Source: Camelus ferus
Taxonomy: Eukaryota
DNA: 64,000 bases
Direction: 5' to 3'
NCBI RefSeq assembly: GCF_009834535.1
Contig: NC_045707.1
Location: 63,304,001 to 63,368,000 of the forward strand
Part shown: piece after piece, positions 13,381 to 26,159 of the stretch
How positions within the stretch are numbered: the first letter of the stretch is position 1
How the letters are laid out: the number at the start of each line of letters is the position of its first letter
Made by a program: the position numbers and the translations under genes
The notes under the pieces: generated by a model
Database searches by the model: none
Told to the model about the DNA's origin: nothing
Seen by the model: the letters and a program-made list of their open reading frames with translations, nothing else

Positions 13381-14239
13381 CACGGATACATAGCTACATA
13401 GCTAGTAGAATAAATATCTAAGAAAGCATCTCTAGGCAGCACAACTTGCAGGTGTTCCATACATACTGTTCTGCCCATTCAAGCTCTTGATTAAGTATTA
13501 TGCAGAAAAGAGTTCAAGGTTAAAAATCTCTGACAAGATCTTGGCACCAAAAAATTTCACGTTATTGATTAAAGACAAATCCATAGCTTTTGACAGTGTA
13601 CGAGGTGAGTGTAGGTTTGACACTGCACAGGAAATAACTGAAGCCCTTTCCCACAGTCCTATGGATGGGAACCAAGGGAGGCACTGAGGGCTAGGTCAGT
13701 GGTCCTTTTCTCACCTAGACAGCTGGCCTCTCCACGAAAGATCAGAAAGTGACAAAAGCGATGACACTAGCCCACCCTGCCCTGAACTTCAGCCCTGTAT
13801 CAGCAGCAGCCGGCTGAACATTTCCATCTGGCCATAATGTCTGTCCTTCAACGTGCCTTTCTATTCTCATATTCCCAGTCTTCAGTGATGACCTCACTTC
13901 CTATCCATTCACTCAAGCCAGACCCCAGGGAGTCTGTCTGCTTCCCTCCTTTCCACCACACCACCACGGATGACCAAGTCTTCCAGTGTTAGCTCTCACC
14001 CACTCTGCCCTCTCTCCAAGCCTGCCTCTGCTGCGCTGGTCCAGGAGAGAACCACCTCTCATCTGCGTTCCTGAATGATGCTCGTAATCACTTCCCTGCC
14101 TTTCCTTCTTCACATTTCTCTTCTTTCAGTCTGATGGCATCATCTTTCCAAAATAATAACAGCAATAATAATAGCAGCATTTATTAAGACTTTACCATAT
14201 GCCAGGCACTAAGTCCTTCATGTGTATTATCTCATGTAT

Positions 14240-16362
14240 CTTTTTTAAACTTCAGCTTTACTGAGGAATAACTGATACATAAAACTGTAACCTGTTTAAA
14301 ATGTACATCATGATGATTTGTCATACATATACATTGTTAAAGAATTCTCACCATCTAGGTAATTAACACATTCATCTCCTCACATATTTATTTAATTTTT
14401 TTGATGAGAACATTTAACTTCTACTCTCTTAGCGAATTTCAATTATACAATATGGTGTTGCCATCGATAGTACGTTTTGCATTAGATCCTCAGACCTCAT
14501 TCATCTTATAGCTGAAAGTTTACATACTTTAACCAACCTCTCCCTATTTCTCCCACCCCAACCCCCCAGCAACCACATTCTACTCTCTGTTTCTTTGAGT
14601 TTAACTGTCTTTTCTTTTTTTTTCTAGATTCCACATATAAGTGGTTTTTTTCACTTAACATAATACCCTCAAGGTCTGTGTATATTGTCTCAAATGGCAG
14701 AATTTCCTTCCTTTTTACAACTGAATCATATTTAATTTTATATATACACACACACGCCACATCTTCTTTATCCATTCATCTGCTGATGGACATTTAGGCT
14801 GTTTCCATATCTTGACTACTGTGAATAATACAATGAACATGGCAGTGCAGATATCCCTTCCATATTTTATATTTATTTCCTTTGTATACATACCCAGAAG
14901 TAGTATTGCTGGATATGGTAGTTATATTTTTAAGTTTTTGAGGAACTGCCATACTGTTTTCCATAGTAGCTGCACCAATTCACATTCCCACCAACAGTCC
15001 ACGTGTTCCCCTTCTCCACATCCTCTCCAACATTTGATATCTGTGGTCTTTTTGATGGTTGCCATTCTGATAGGTGTGAGGTGGTATCTCACTGCGGGTT
15101 GGACTTTCATTCTCCTGATGATTAGTGATGTTGAACATTTTCTCACGTGTTTGTTGGCCATCTGTATGTCTTCTTTGGGAAGATGTCTATTCAGTTCCTC
15201 TGCCCATGTTTTAATCAGATTGTTTAATTTTTGCTGTTGAGTTGTATGAGTTCTTTGTATATTTTGGATGGTAACCCCTTTAGGGACATGGTTGCAAATG
15301 TTTTCTCCCATTCCGTGGATGTCCTTTTCATTTTGTTGATGATTTCCTTTGCTGTGCAGAAGCTTTTCTTCTAGGAGTTTTATGATTTCAGGTTTTACAG
15401 TCAAGTCTTTAATCCATTGTGAAGTGATTTTCATTTATAGTGTAAGAAACTGGTCCACTTCTATTCTTTTTGCATGGGGCTGTCCAGTTTTCCCAGCACG
15501 ATTTACTGAAAAGATCATCCTTGCCCCATTGTATAGTCTTGGTTCCTTTGTCATACATTAGTTGACCACATATGTATATGTTTACTTCTGGGCTCTCTCT
15601 TCTGTTCCAGTGATCTTTTTGTCTGTTTTTTAGGCCAATACTTTACTGTTTTGATTATTATTGCTTTGTAATATAGTTTAAAATCAGGAGGTGTGATGCC
15701 TCCAGTTTTGTCTTTCTTTCTCAAGATTGCTTTGACTATTCACAGGCTTTTGTGGCTCCATACAAACTTTAGGATTGTTTTTTTCTATTCCTGTGAAAAA
15801 AATGCTATTGGAATTTTAAGTGATTGCACTGAATCTGTTCATTGCTTTGGGTGATATGGACATTTTAACAATATTAATTCTTTCAATCCATAAGCAAGGA
15901 ATATCTTCCCATTTATTTGTGTCTTCTTCCATTTCTTTCATCAGTGTCATGGTTTTCAGTACATAGATCTCTCACCATCTAGCTCCATCTAGTTTTACCA
16001 TCTAGTTTCATATCCCTGTGGTTGGAAAAGATGCTCAAAATGATTTCAATCTTTTAAAATTTACTGACTTGCTTTGTGATTTAACATAAGATCTATCCCA
16101 GAAAATGTTCCTTGTGCATTTGAGAAGAATGTATCTCCCACTGCTATTGGATGGAATGTTCTGTAAATGTCTGTTAAATGGTCTAACATGTAGTTTAAAT
16201 CCAAAATTTCCTTATTGATTTTCTGTCTGGATGATCCATTGTTGAAAGTGAGGTACTGGATACTGAAATCCCCTGCTATTATTGTATTTCTGTCCATTTC
16301 TCCCTTCAAGTCTGTTAACATTTGCTTTGCATATTTAGGTCCTCCTATGTTGGGTGCATATC
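14240..16362 (-). mobile_element. L1 (L1MA-like) with 3'UTR, ORF2 C-terminus and a joined endonuclease fragment; inserted in a MIR
   Basis: ORF 14922-15434 gives the ORF2 C-terminus ([30 protein letters not shown]...CWWECELVQ). ORF 16061-16393 gives an endonuclease segment (YAPNIG...IIAGDF...DIYRTFHP...TFFS). Frameshifted and non-functional. MIR halves lie at about 14160-14238 and 16385-16500. Confidence 0.9.
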
Positions 16363-16640
16363 TCCCATGTTCTTCAGAACTTTTTGAAATCATCCCATTT
16401 TCAGATTAAAAAATTGAGTCACAAAGAAAATCATTATCTTTTCAAAGTTCACTCAGCTGGGACATAAGGGAGCCAGGATATGAGAAGGACCAGTTGAATT
16501 CACATACTGCACTCCTAACCACTGAGAAACAGAAAAGCAGCCCCTGACGTCTGCAAATTGGCCTGAAATTCACAGCTAGGCCACAACGTTCTCCTGTTGG
16601 TATAAACAATCTTAAAGTACAACGCGTCAGCCAAAGTCAC

Positions 16641-17056
16641 TGTGACTGTGATGAAGGGAGACCAAAGCCAAGACCACTTATCTGGTCTAAGCAGACACAA
16701 AAATAAGGTCATTGTGCAAATACAGAAATACCAACACCCCCCAACTAATGTGAGTGCCTGCTGCCCCTTTACCAACTATAGCTTTAAACCCCTCTTGTCT
16801 ACCCTTCTTATGGATAAAATTGGCTGAGGTACTGAATCATAGAATTAACCCTGTTTCCTGACAGACCTCAATCCAGAATGAACTCTCACTTTTTTGGATA
16901 CTCCCACAAGTCACCCAGATCCAGGAAGTCCTTTCTAGCACCTTTTTACTGAGATGTTGTCCTACTGTCCATAGCATGGTTTTCCCTTCATTGTAACGAG
17001 CAATAAATCCAACTTCTTCCAATTACAGAGGTGTCTTTGGCTAAAGGACACTGACA
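16641..17056 (+). mobile_element. ERV1-class solo LTR (MER67/MER31-like)
   Basis: TG...CA termini, AATAAA near 17002, end gtctttggctaaaggacactgaca, near-4-bp TSD tcac/ccac. Confidence 0.7.
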
Positions 17057-18457
17057 CCACAATGCTCTGCTATCTCTAATCATGATTTTTCTATGATGAA
17101 AAAACCCTTTTGATAGCTACACACTCCCTATGTGGAAAAACTCATTAAGAGGAAAACCCAATCCTCTGCGCTCCTATCTATGCCTTTCTTCAGCCTCACT
17201 CTTACCACATCCTTCCTGCTGCCACGCCATCCTTGCCATCCACCTTCATGACTTACGACAGCAACATTCCCAGACATTCTATACTTTCACACTTGCCATT
17301 GTTCCACCTTGATGCTTTCTGCCCATCCCATCCTACAGCTCCCTCCCCTTCTGTAACCCCTTTCTCATTCTGTAGGTTGCCACGCATTCCCACGCCATGT
17401 ACCTACAGCTCCCATACCTCTATTACAACTTTTCACCACCATAATAAAATTTTCACTTAATTTGTCTGCTCTGCCCACTTGCAACTCCAGACTTCCCTAG
17501 CATTTAAGCTCCAGGCATGCGAGTTTCATGCCTAATGTGTTAAGAGGATACAGCAGAAAAAGCAAGATTAGACAGGTAGGTTAAATTCACCATTCCATCA
17601 CTTAGAACCTGCATAAAAACAGACAACTAACTTAAATTTTCTGCGACTCCATCTCTTCATCCAGAGGGGGTTAAAAAAAAAAGGAATGATAATAACTTGT
17701 AGAGTTGATTTAAAAATTGAAAGTGTTTAGCATAGTGTCAGTTACTCAATACAGGTTTCCCCTGCTATCGGAAAGCAGAACATTCTTATGAAACCTTCTG
17801 TGAGCCAGAACAGCATAAAGCAAAGAAACAATTACCTTAGGACACATCTTGTTAACGGATGCACCAAACAAACTGAGATAAAGCACAGATGCTCCCAGAC
17901 CTAGTTCAAAGCTTTGGCGGCCTGATGCCAAGATGTTGAGCATAGTTCCCAGGGAAGGAGCTTGGCGGTGTCACCATTTCAGCTCGGGGTGTGTGCTGCC
18001 TCTATCACGGCTCGCTGCAAAACAAACACTGAGTTCTATTTTCACTTTTCACCTTTTTTCATGAAAGTGAAAATCCTCCTTGGATTTCTTTCAGTTAGCA
18101 AAAACAGGTAGTAATGTAGGTTCTTCACAAAAGCAAAGCAGGGAAAAGCAGGGGATACCTGTATATGCTCAATGAATTTAACAGTACAGGGCAGGACAAA
18201 CTAGATGAAACTCTTCTTTTGATATGCATTATGTCCCAGCCTCTCTATTTTTAAAAATTGCCGTAACCTACTTTCTCAGGAATTTGAGTTTGCATTAAAT
18301 GCTATCCTATACGAGCTAGCACAAGATAACCATGTAACTTTCACATGACAACACATTTCTCTGAATGATCACTCAGTTATAATCTTTAGACCAAGGGGAG
18401 ACTACAGAGTTATTTAATCCAATGCACTCTCATTTTTTAAAGAGATAAATTGTGATA

Positions 18458-18674
18458 CAGTTGACCCTTGAACAACGTGCAGGTTAGAGGCACCAACCCT
18501 CCTGCAGTCAAAAATCCACATGTAGCTTTACAGACAGACCTTTGCACCTGTGGTTCCACATCCTTGGACTCAACCAACCACAGACCACATAGTACTGCAG
18601 TACATCTTTATTGAACAAATCTGCATATAAGTGGACCCATGCAGTTCACATCTGTGCTGTTCAAGGGTCAACTG
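18458..18674. mobile_element. Tigger2/MER8-like MITE (217 bp)
   Basis: Perfect 17-bp inverted termini cagttgacccttgaaca / tgttcaagggtcaactg; TA TSD at 18456-57 and 18675-76. Confidence 0.9.
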
Positions 18675-18679
18675 TATAT

Positions 18680-19030
18680 TCATATGATGGAATTCTGCCA
18701 CATGTATCGACAGGAATGAATTTTACAGACATATCAGTGAGTGAAAAGTCAGAAACAAAGAGCTTGTATAGATGATTCCACTTGCACAAAAACTAATGTA
18801 CGGTGTTCGCAGTCAGGACAGCATTTTCTTTTGGGAAGGAGGGTGGGGTTAGTGACTGAGAGGAAGCCTGAGGGGGACTTCCTGGGTGTTGGTGATTCTA
18901 TTTCTTGATCTAGACCTGGGTGGTGGTTACATGGCTGTTTTCACCTTGCAAAAGTTCACTGACACATAAGCACGTGACATGACCACTTCTCTGTACATTT
19001 ATTATGCTTTAATAAAAATGGTTATTATTT
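18680..19030 (+). mobile_element. Old L1 (L1MC/ME-like) 3'-end fragment
   Basis: gattccacttgcacaaaaactaatgtacggtg...ctatttcttgatct...ggtggttacatgg...aataaaaa. Confidence 0.65.
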
Positions 19031-20254
19031 AAAAGAATGACAGCCCCAAGTATCAGCCATACTCCATGGTAGCGGCCAGAATCCCAGTGACACCTGCTTT
19101 ATAGGAAACGCGCTCATTTTTAAAATGAGAAGAGTGCGGCAGCGTAAGTGACTACCCCAAAGTCATAAAACAAAGCCGTGACTCAGAACTAAAATCTGCA
19201 AGTACGGACTTCCTTGCCAGGGCTCTTGATTTATGTGTGTATAATGCTATCCCAAGTAAAGCCATCAGTGTCTTCTCAAGGAAAAGGTTCCTTGGATCTG
19301 TGCATGCGGAAGCTGGAACAGAACATATTCGAGGAGAAGCTGCTCTTTGGCTGCTGGCAGAACATCCTCTGAATCTGTGAAAATTTGCAAATCAAGGCCA
19401 GGCCTCCATCCGCAGCTGGTACAACACATTTCTGTTCAAAATGAAATTTCGTGGCATTCTTTTCTTCCCCAGCTAAATTACACGTAAAGGAGGTAAAAAT
19501 CATTGAAGGTAACCATAATTCCAAGGCCACGCAGTGCAATTAAAATGCTGCAGAAGATCAGGCTACGTGGCAATAATGTTCCACCACCAGCTCTCCTTTT
19601 TCATCAGCACCGAGAGGCTGGTCAGAGAAGCCAGGGGTAAGAAGGCACCAGGCCATCATCCCTAATGGGAAGACCCAAGGCTGAACTATAAGAAGGCCAG
19701 GCCCCCTGGCAGCCTCAAACGCGGGCCCTGGGATTCGGTGCCAACCATGCTCTCCAGCAGCTCAGCAGATGTGCCTCTGAGAGGCTTTGATTTGCAGATC
19801 ATCTGCTCAGGTACAGTGAGAAAGTGCACCCCATAATTTTACAGCTACGAGTCCTAATGTCCCACAGCACTTTACTGTTTAAAGCATTTAGTCAACAGTC
19901 GACAGGGCCATGCATAACTAGATGTTGATTAAAAATGCACAAGAAACCATGAGTTACGGCCCAGATGGCTGCTTGAAAATAATCTAAAGTATATACAAAC
20001 TTTACAAAACCAAAGTACTTGTTTCATAAAATATTGCCACCGTGAGGAATTTGTGTAACACTTATCAGTTTGTTCATTTTTTTTCCTTACAAAATTAGTA
20101 GAAAGCACCTCATAAATATCACTTTGAAATACTTCCTGGTCTTAACAAAGACTAAGGTAAAAGTTTATCTTCCTCATAGATTATGTAAGTGAAAGATCTT
20201 GAGGGAAGTAGTTGAGAAAATCTTCAAACAAGTCAACTTTAAAAAAAAAATACA

Positions 20255-20385
20255 GCAAAAAAAATATGACAATGAATATATGTATGTTCATGTATAACTG
20301 AAAAATTGTGCTCTACACGGGAATTTGACACAACATTGTACAATGACTAGAACTCAATTAAAAATGTAAAAAAAAAAAACATAAA
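20255..20385 (+). mobile_element. Short young L1 3' tail
   Basis: aatatatgtatgttcatgtataactgaa...atttgacacaacattgta...tcaattaaaaa plus an A-tail. The same tail occurs at 22540-22640 and 55720-55813. Confidence 0.75.
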
Positions 20386-20436
20386 AAGACACAGTTTTCC
20401 TTTAAATGGAACAAAAATATCCTTTAAGATAGCAAA

Positions 20437-21975
20437 GGGCAGAGGTGGCCAAGATGGTGAAGTAGGAAGACCCTGAACTCACTCCTCCCACACACACCAA
20501 AATTCTAACTCCTTACGGAGCAAATATCTATGCGAACAACCTGAAGACTAGTAGAAGAGATTTTCCACAACTTGAGACAAAGAAGGAACCACAGTGAGAC
20601 AGGGCAGAGGAATAGAGATGCGGTCTAGTCAGGACCCACACCCCAGGTCAGCAACCTACAACCTGGAGGAATATCGCCATCTTAGAGATCCTCCCCAAGG
20701 AGCGAGGATTCTGAGCTCCACGTCAGTCTCCCTGAGTTCTTGCACCCAGAAGGTGAGTCTCCAGACTGTCTGGCTTTTTGAACACCAGCAGGGCTTACGT
20801 CCAGGGGACTCAGAGGGCTGTAGGAAATGGCAACTTCACTCTTAAAGGGTGTGTGCAAAATCTCACACGTTCTGAGTCCCAGGGCAGAGGCAATAATTTG
20901 AAAGGAGCCTGGGTCAGAGCCACTTGCTGATCTTGGAGAGCCTCCAGAAGAGGCAGGAGGCAACTGGGACTCCCCCTGGTGGTACAGACCTGGCAGCACC
21001 CATTTGTGGGAGCTCTTTCTACCATAATAACACCAGGGCTGACAAGCACCATTTTGGAATCCTCCGTCTAGCCCACTAGCTCCAGGGAACTGGCCCCAGC
21101 CACCAGCGAGCCAGCACTGACCCAGAGTCTCCCAGGGCCAGGGACATAGCCACATGGGGACTGCCTCACCCTCCAGTGGACCCGTAGCCAGTGTACGAGG
21201 CACAGCCTCATAGATAACAGGGCCGGAGGCCAGCCTCACCTACCAGCACACCCACAGAGGTCAGCCCTACCACACCAAAAGGGCATATGCAGTCCACATG
21301 GGGCACACCCTAGAGCGTGGGATCTGGTGACCAGAGGGGAGTGTGCTGTTGAGCCCCATAGGACATCCCCTACAAAGGCCACTTCTCCAAGATCAGGAAA
21401 TGTAACTGACCTACTTAACATATAGAAATAAAACAAAGAATTAGGCAGAATGAAGAGACAAGGAATATGTTCCAAATGAAGGAAAAAGCCGAAACCTCAG
21501 GAAAAAAACTAAATGAAGTACAAATACGTAATCTACCTGATTAAAGAGTTCAAGGTAACGATCATAAAGACGTTCACTGGACTCAGAAGAGTAGATGAAT
21601 TTCAACAGAGTTAGAATGTATTAAGAATAGCCACATAGAGCTGAAGAATATAATAAATGAAATTTTAAAAGTGCACTAGAAGGAATCAACAGTAGATGGG
21701 ATGATAAGAAGAACAGATCAACCATCTGGAAGACAGAGTAATGGAAATCACCCAAACTGAACAGAAAATATAAAAAAATTATTTTAAAGAATGACAGTTT
21801 AAGAGACCTCTAGGACAAAACCAACCATATGAACCTTCACATTATCAGATTCCCCGAAGGAGAAAAGAGAAAGGGCAGATAATTTATCTGAAGAAATAAT
21901 AGCTGAAAACTTCTCTACCTTGGTTTGGAATCAGACACCAAGGTCCAGGAAGCACAGAGTCCTGAACAAGATGAA
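20437..21975 (+). mobile_element. L1 5'UTR and decayed 5' part of ORF1
   Basis: Starts with the ccaagatgg (YY1-type) L1 5' motif; GC-rich UTR; then A-rich ORF1-like sequence (...gaagaaataatagctgaaaacttc...). Confidence 0.8.
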
Positions 21976-22632
21976 ACATATGGAGATTCCTCAAAAAACT
22001 AAAAATAGACTTATCCTAAGATCCAGCAATCCCACTCCTGGACATATATCCAGAAGGAACTCTAATTCGAAAAGATATATGTACCCCAGTGTTCAATTAC
22101 AATAGCTAAGAGATGGAAACAACCTCCATTGACAGATGACTGGATAAAGAAGCTGTGGTATAATTTCTACAATGGAATACTACTCAGCAATAAAAATAAA
22201 ATAATGCCCTTTGCAGCAACATAGATGGACCTGGAGATCATCATTCTAAGTGAAGTAATCCAAAAAGAGAAAGAAAAATACTCTATGATATCACTTATAT
22301 GTGGAATCTTTAAAAAAAAAAAAAAAGACAAATGAACTTATCTACAAAACAGAAACAGACTCACAGACATAGAAAACAAACATGGTTACCAGCGGGGGAA
22401 GAGGGTGGGAAGGGATAAATAGGGACTTCGAGATTCCCAGATACTAACTACTACATATAAAATAGATAAACAACAAGTTCATACTGTATAGCACAGGGAA
22501 CTATATTCAATATCTTGTAGTAACTTATGGTGAAAAAGAATATGAAAACGAATATATGTATGTTCATGTATGACTGAAGCAGTGTGCTGTACACCAGAAA
22601 TTGACACACTGTAAACTGACTATACTTCGATT

Positions 22633-22664
<32 letters not shown>
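21976..22664 (+). mobile_element. Young (lineage-specific) L1 3' fragment
   Basis: ORF2 end and 3'UTR followed by an A-tail and (TA)n; shares its 3'UTR with 55409-55813. Confidence 0.85.
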
Positions 22665-23400
22665 GAAAAGGGAACCCTCATGCACTGTTGGTAGGACTGT
22701 AAACTGGTGCAGCCACTATAGAAAACAGTATGGAGGTTCCTGAAAAATTTAAAAATGAACTACCATGTGATCAAGCAGTCTCACTGCTGGGTATTTACCC
22801 AAAGGAAACAAAAACACTAATTAGAAAAGATATAGGCACGCTAATATTCACTGCAGCATTATTTACAATAGCTAAGATGTGGAAGCAACCTAAGTGTCTG
22901 TTGATACATGAATGAATGAAGAAGATGTGGTACATGTATACAACGGAATACTACTACTCAGCCACAAAAAAGTGAAATCTCGCCATTTGTGACAACACTG
23001 ATATATATAGAGGGTATTACGCTAAGTGAAATAAGTCAGACAGAGAAAGAAGAATACTGTATGATTCCACTGTTTTGTGGAATCTGAAAAACAAAACAAA
23101 CACACAAAACAAAACAAAAAGAGACTCAGAGATACAGAGAACAAATGGATGGTTGCCAGAGGGAAGGAGAAGGGAGCAAAATAAGTGAAGTGGATTAAGA
23201 GGTACAAACCTCCAGTCATAATAAAATAAATAAGCCCCAGGGAAGGAACAGACAGCATAAGGAATATAGCAACTTTGTATGGGGACAGATGGTTGGTAGA
23301 CTTATCATGGAGATCATTTCATAATGTATGCAAATGTCAAATCATGATGAACACCTGAAATAAACGTAGTAGTGTATGTCCACTACATTTCAATAAAAAG
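22665..23400 (+). mobile_element. Older L1 (L1MA-like) ORF2 end and 3'UTR
   Basis: ORF 22730-22915 (LLGIYPKETKT...FTAALFTIAKMWKQPKC) is the ORF2 C-terminus; ends caataaaaag. Confidence 0.85.
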
Positions 23401-24147
23401 AGCTAAAGGTAAAAATACTCTAAATAAACTGAGAGCTTTAGGACATCATTTTAATGTAAATTATACAGATATACCTGCCTATTTTTAAATAGCGCCAAGT
23501 TAATCTGGTCAATTTGATCATGAAAACATGAGTTATATTAAAAGGTACTCATGGGTCACTGAATGCAAACTTGTCACCTAACTGAACACTGGTCCTAAAT
23601 GTAATGTTTAAGAACATTTTTAAACAGAACCACGCTTCAAATCCCGATTTCTAATTCCTGCATTTAATTAGTGGAGCTCAGTCTAAAAAAAAAAAAAATA
23701 CACAACACCACAAACAAAACAAGATCACAGTCACCAGGCATCTTTACTTTTTAATACTCTGAAATGTTTTTATGTAGTTGCTACAATTCAGATATAAATT
23801 TCAGCTGCAACTCTTTGTAGGGCCAAAAAGTGGAACTCCACAGAACTACCATTTTTTTCTTCCGTGACATTCATTTGAAACAGTAGCAATCTTATGCAAA
23901 TAAAATTAATTTCATATTCATGTACTGTGTCTACTATAAACGCTGCCATAGTGGATTATGTTTTATAAAGCAAATATTATATAGGAACAATTCATTCCCA
24001 GTGCATTTAATTTGCAAAATCACCCAGAAATCAGGAGGAACAGATTGCAAGTTTGCAATTTATAAGGTGTTTCTGTCTTTTTTTTTTAAAGAAATACCTG
24101 ATGCTCTGATCTTTCACATTCAGATCACACTTGATAGAACAGGTTTT

Positions 24148-24634
24148 TGTCAAGAATTGCAAAGGGTCTGAAATTTTATCTTGCTTGCAAGCTAACAGTT
24201 TACCTGCCACAGTTTCACAGATTTTGGCAAAGACATGAGATCCCTGGGTCAGAGGCAAAGAGTTTATTACCCACAGAAGAGCAGGCAGCATGAGATTCAT
24301 GCTCATATGGGTTCCCCTTCGTCCCGGGTCGGTCCAATGTGGATGATGCAGAGCAGCCAACAGAGATGCTGCACACACAGTAGGTCTGTGCCCCAGCTAA
24401 GGAATCCCAAGCTTGGGAAACTCTAGTCTCACAAAGAAAACTGCAACCAGAGCTGCTTAACCTTTGTCCCTGAAGGACTTGATCCTGGTCAGGAAACAGA
24501 TCTGCCTTCTTCCTTAGGAGACGCTGTCCCTAGTTTCTAAGGCTGTTGACTATGCCAACATCCTTGAAAAGATGGTCCAGAACAAAAGCTGTCACAAGAT
24601 TTGCAGAAGCACCACAGATAATTGTCCCCCAACA
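24148..24634 (-). mobile_element. ERVL-class solo LTR (LTR47-like, 487 bp)
   Basis: TG...CA termini; perfect 5-bp TSD GTTTT (24143-47 and 24635-39); tttatt (minus-strand AATAAA) at 24263-24268. Confidence 0.85.
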
Positions 24635-24920
24635 GTTTTGTACACTATACTCCATACTTAATTAAAATTCTTTCTTCTAAAGAGCTCCACATTTTATCTA
24701 AGCACTAGTTCCATGGGAACATTTTTCCAATGATAAAACTGTATGAAGTTTGCTATTAACAAACAGAAAGAAAAATAATGCTTTTTTGACGGTGGGATTA
24801 ATTTCAGTACAATAAATACATTGGGGCTATATTTTACACTACCATGGCTTAGTTTCATAAAAGAATCCTTTACAAATACTCATTAGAACATTTAACAAGT
24901 ATTACAAATATTTTGTATAT

Positions 24921-25035
24921 TTTGATTTAAGTAAATGTAATTTAATAAATTAAATTAAATTGCTTTGATTTAAATAAATTTAATTTAATAAATTGAATTA
25001 AATTGAATTAATTTGATTTATATAAATTTAAATAA
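24921..25035. repeat. AT-rich minisatellite, ~43-48-bp unit, about 2.5 copies
   Basis: Units beginning tttgattta at 24921, 24964 and 25012. Confidence 0.75.
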
Positions 25036-26159
25036 AGAAAGTTAAAACCAAAGGGAAAAATATAAAGAGATAATACAGAAACCTGTGCTAATACTTGGTC
25101 TATTAGGTGTTCTATAATATCAACAAAATTTGTAGAAATTTTCTAAAAATCAGTCAATATTCTGCAAGTAGCCAAATATTTGGGTTTTGTAGCAAAATTA
25201 CCTGCCTACCTGACCTAGTTGTTCAAAACTATAAATATTCCCCAAAATAATGAAATCATAAAACTTGATAGCTCAGAAGAATTTTAATGCTTCTGATCTA
25301 ATTAAAGATATAGTCTAAAGGCTTAACATTACAAGAGGAAAAATATTTCAAATGGCTAAAAAGGAAGAAAGGGAGGGAGGGTAGGAGGGAGGGATGATTA
25401 AGCCTCATTTTTAAGAAAAAAATTTAAGAAAAGTTTTGCTTTAAGACCCTCAAAAACTAGATACAGATTTCTTCACATATATCCATAAAGATGCAGGGGA
25501 AAAGGGAGAAAGGGAAATAATCATAGAAGTGCAGATCACCACTTTATTCTTTATTAAAATTCCTGGACAAACATTTCCTCATTAGCCTAAGAAGTTGATG
25601 TTTACCTCATACTTTCTGAAATGGCATAACCTTAAAAAGTTCACAGAATTATAGCCTTCATGAAATTTTATTAAGGTTTGAGAGGATAATACAGCTTAAT
25701 GAAATCTGGTAAATTCATGGCTTGCCGGAAAATGTGTTCATCTGCACTGTAAGTGGAGTAAGGGGAAATGGTCACAGGCTACTAATATTACCTTTTTAAC
25801 ACCCACCACACTGTTACATAATAACCAGAGCATCATTTGTTGTGTTATTTATTTATTTTATTATTTTGAAAACAATGGCTGAGTGCTGTTGGATCATAAT
25901 TAATAGCAGGCTGGAGAAGGTCTGGTCATCACTTTACAGGAAATGTCTGACCTTAGGTCATCATCTCTGTTGTAAGTCATTCTAAACTCCTAAATATAGA
26001 AAATAAAAAGCCATTCCTGTTATTTGTTGAACAATTGTACATGATCATAAAGTTGATGTGCTGTGAACAACGTCAATACATTTAGGCAGTAGGTAAAGGG
26101 GACCTTAGGGAGGAGACTGAAAAGTCACCACACAGCATCGTAGGCAGTAATGTGGAGAA

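Noticed and set aside
13266..13478. ORF with (YLSI)n repeats
   Set aside because: It is the translation of the GATA microsatellite.
14812..15561. ORFs of 70-170 aa as host genes
   Set aside because: They are sense and antisense frames of decayed L1 ORF2.
20682..21239. 185-aa antisense ORF in the L1 5'UTR (ORF0-like idea)
   Set aside because: It starts at GTG, lies in a GC-rich decayed UTR where stops are rare, and has no recognisable domain. ORF0 is described as primate-specific.
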